Positions 61,753 through 64,000 of a DNA stretch of 64,000 bases are shown in pieces. Origin of the DNA: Felis catus. Lineage: Eukaryota. The notes under the pieces were generated by a model. That model was not told where the DNA came from. It made no database searches and saw only the letters and a program-made list of their open reading frames with translations. The stretch is from the NCBI RefSeq assembly GCF_018350175.1, contig NC_058383.1, positions 8,434,001 to 8,498,000 of the forward strand, read 5' to 3'. The translations under genes were made by a program, and so were the position numbers. The stretch's first letter is position 1. Every line of letters begins with the position of its first letter.

Positions 61753-62843
61753 TCTACGTCTTTTTAGAGCCAGCTGTCCATCTTTGTCCTTCAGAGTCCG
61801 GGGGAGTGGCACCTTCCTCCCCCTGGGGAACAGGCGGGCTCGGGAAGCAAGCTGGCCCCTCCCAGCAGCAGACGTGGCCCCACCGGGCCACACAGAGGAA
61901 GGCCACAATGTCTGTTCTATCACTTCCTTGATTTCTTCCTTCCCTTACACGAGCGCGGAGAACTGTCCTGAACCCCCCAACCTACCTGACGCGTGCCTCA
62001 AGTATTCTGGTCCCGGAGTGTCCCTGGAGGAGACGATATTTTAAGAGTGACCTCTGGGCCTCGTGGAGACCATCAATAACAGAAGGAAGTGGTTTCTGGG
62101 GTTCAATGCAGGGGAGACACAGCAGCAAACCCAAGCCACGGAGAATCTGCTCATACGGTCCCCGGCGCCGGCAGAACTGATCCATCAGGGAGATGGGCAG
62201 GCAGGACCCTCACGAATTCAGGCAGCAGCAGTGTGGAGTTGGCCTAATTGGGACATGGGCTCAGCTGACGCTGGCCTTCGAACATTCTAGAAAAAAAAAA
62301 AAACCAAAACATCTTTCTTAAGCTATACTCAGGATCGCAACGGAGATGCTTAACCTACTCACGGAATGTGATCTCTTTCACTGCGTGAATTCAGACACAC
62401 CAAAACTGATATCGTATACCTCGCGAAACCCTTTGGTCCACTTTCCCTCTTTGCTTGGCCTCCTTAGCAGTCCAGCTGTCCGGCCCAGCAAGTGGCCCTC
62501 GGGCCATGCGGTAGTCAGAACAACATCACTGGTTGAACTGATTATTTACTGGCTGGTTTGTCATGTACTGAGGCTCCCATGTCCGTCACTGTGTGGGCTG
62601 CTTTTCGAGTTTCTTCTCGTTGAATCCTTACAACAACCCAAGGCTCTCTATTACCCCCATTTTAGAGATGAGAAAATGGAGGCCACAGGTTATGGACCTG
62701 GGATTCCGACCAGACCTGCAACCTTCTTCCTCTTGCTTCTTTCCCCCTGGGGGCCCCCCAGAACCCCCCTGGCCCCATATACCTCACGAAACTCTTTGCC
62801 AGACACGGTAAATACAGCTAACCAACCAGATACATTTGTTCTT

Positions 62844-63053
62844 AATTTTTAATGTTTATTTTATTTTTGAGAGCGAGCGACAGAGAGCAAGCAGGAGACG
62901 GGCAGAGAGAGAGGGAGACACAGAAACGGAAGCAGGCTGCAGGCTCCGAGCTGCCAGCATAGAGCCCGATGAGGAGCTCGAACCCACGAACCGTGAGATC
63001 ATGACCTGAGCCAAAGTCTGATGTTTAACCGACTGAGCCCCCCAGGCGCCCCC
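62844..63053 (-). mobile_element. Feline SINE
   Basis: Reverse SINE ending gactgagccccccaggcgcccc. Confidence 0.9.
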
Positions 63054-64000
63054 AGATAAATTTAAAATGACCTCCCCCACCGGCCCCCAGCGCCGAGCCA
63101 TCACCCCCATCCAAAAGTGTGTGTCTCAAGGCCCAGGTGACTTTATTCCCTGGAAGCTCCAGGCTTCTCATGCAAACAAACCCCAGGCCGGTCTGCCCTC
63201 CAGTTCTGGACGTGGCCCAACATTGCAGGGGAAGAGGCTTGGGACCAAGCTGGGATCTGCCCGCGCCCAGCCATCCATTCATTCACTCACTCTTCATCTG
63301 TGAGGCACACGGTGCAAGGCTCCACGGGGACCCGCCATCTGGCTCACCCATGTCTCGGGGAGAGGGGGTCTTAGAGGTTGGTCGATGGGGCCAGATGGAC
63401 ACGGTGGTCCTGGATGAGGAGTGGCCATGGGCCTCCAGAGCTGGGAGCTGGCCCCGGCTGCCCCCTGCCACAGGTGTGGGCCCCCAGGTCGGGCCCCGGA
63501 ATCCCTAGCCCTGCTCTTTGCAGCATTCAGGGCATCAGCCTCCCCCAGCACCGCACCGAGGCTCCCCAAAGAGTAGCCACCAAGCCCCTTCCCCTCAGAG
63601 CTGCCCCGGGGCCCCCCGGGACCTGGGACCAAGGCTGTTGGGTCTCAGAGAGGATCTGCCTGCCTCTTACTCGGCCTGGCCCCCCCTCCCCAGGATGAGA
63701 GGCAGTAGGAGAAGAGAAACGTCCATTCCTCCTTTGTGCTGACAGACAGACAGACAGACTGACTCGTGTCTGTCACAACAAGGTGGCGGGTTTCCCAGGG
63801 TCCCCTCCACCGTGGTGATGAGGATGGGGTGTGGCCTCCAGGGGTGCAGAACACAGGCGGGGCACGGGGGTCACCGGTTCCCACCCTGGGCCACCCAGCC
63901 GTCCCCCCACGGGACCCCGCTGGCTGGTGAACTCTCCGTGGCTCCTGGAGAGCCACTGCCCTCACCTTCCCGAAGGGCGCCTTGCGGGGCCGAGAGGTGG

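Noticed and set aside
582..63110. Recurrent ORFs such as GAWVAQSVERPTSAQVMIS… that look like a multigene family, and tRNA-like A/B boxes
   Set aside because: These are translations and heads of tRNA-derived carnivore SINEs, not genes or true tRNAs.

Overview
This is GC-rich mammalian genomic DNA from a felid (cat-like), judged from about 30 tRNA-derived carnivore SINEs, several of the young feline SINEC_Fc type. It holds one complete protein-coding gene: MYL10 (myosin regulatory light chain 10), minus strand, which I reconstructed by hand as 7 coding exons (12547-12545, 10199-10107, 9664-9589, 8749-8645, 5556-5478, 3333-3285, 2983-2885; 504 nt, 167 aa). All six introns are GT-AG and in phase. 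A TATTTAAA box lies at 12603-12610 and an AATAAA at 2744-2749. The remaining ~51 kb upstream (12.6-64 kb) is apparently non-coding: SINEs, old L1, MIR, MER5 and MLT (MaLR/ERVL) remnants, microsatellites, several AT/homeobox-motif-rich islands that may be enhancers, and one strong CTCF-motif match. Apart from the few that overlap MYL10 exons, the supplied ORFs appear to be chance ORFs of GC-rich DNA or repeat translations. I found no convincing new biological system. The most unusual signals are regulatory: a co-oriented array of nine AGGTCA nuclear-receptor half-sites just inside MYL10 intron 1, and the ATG-only first coding exon. Repeat boundaries and subfamily names are by eye and approximate.
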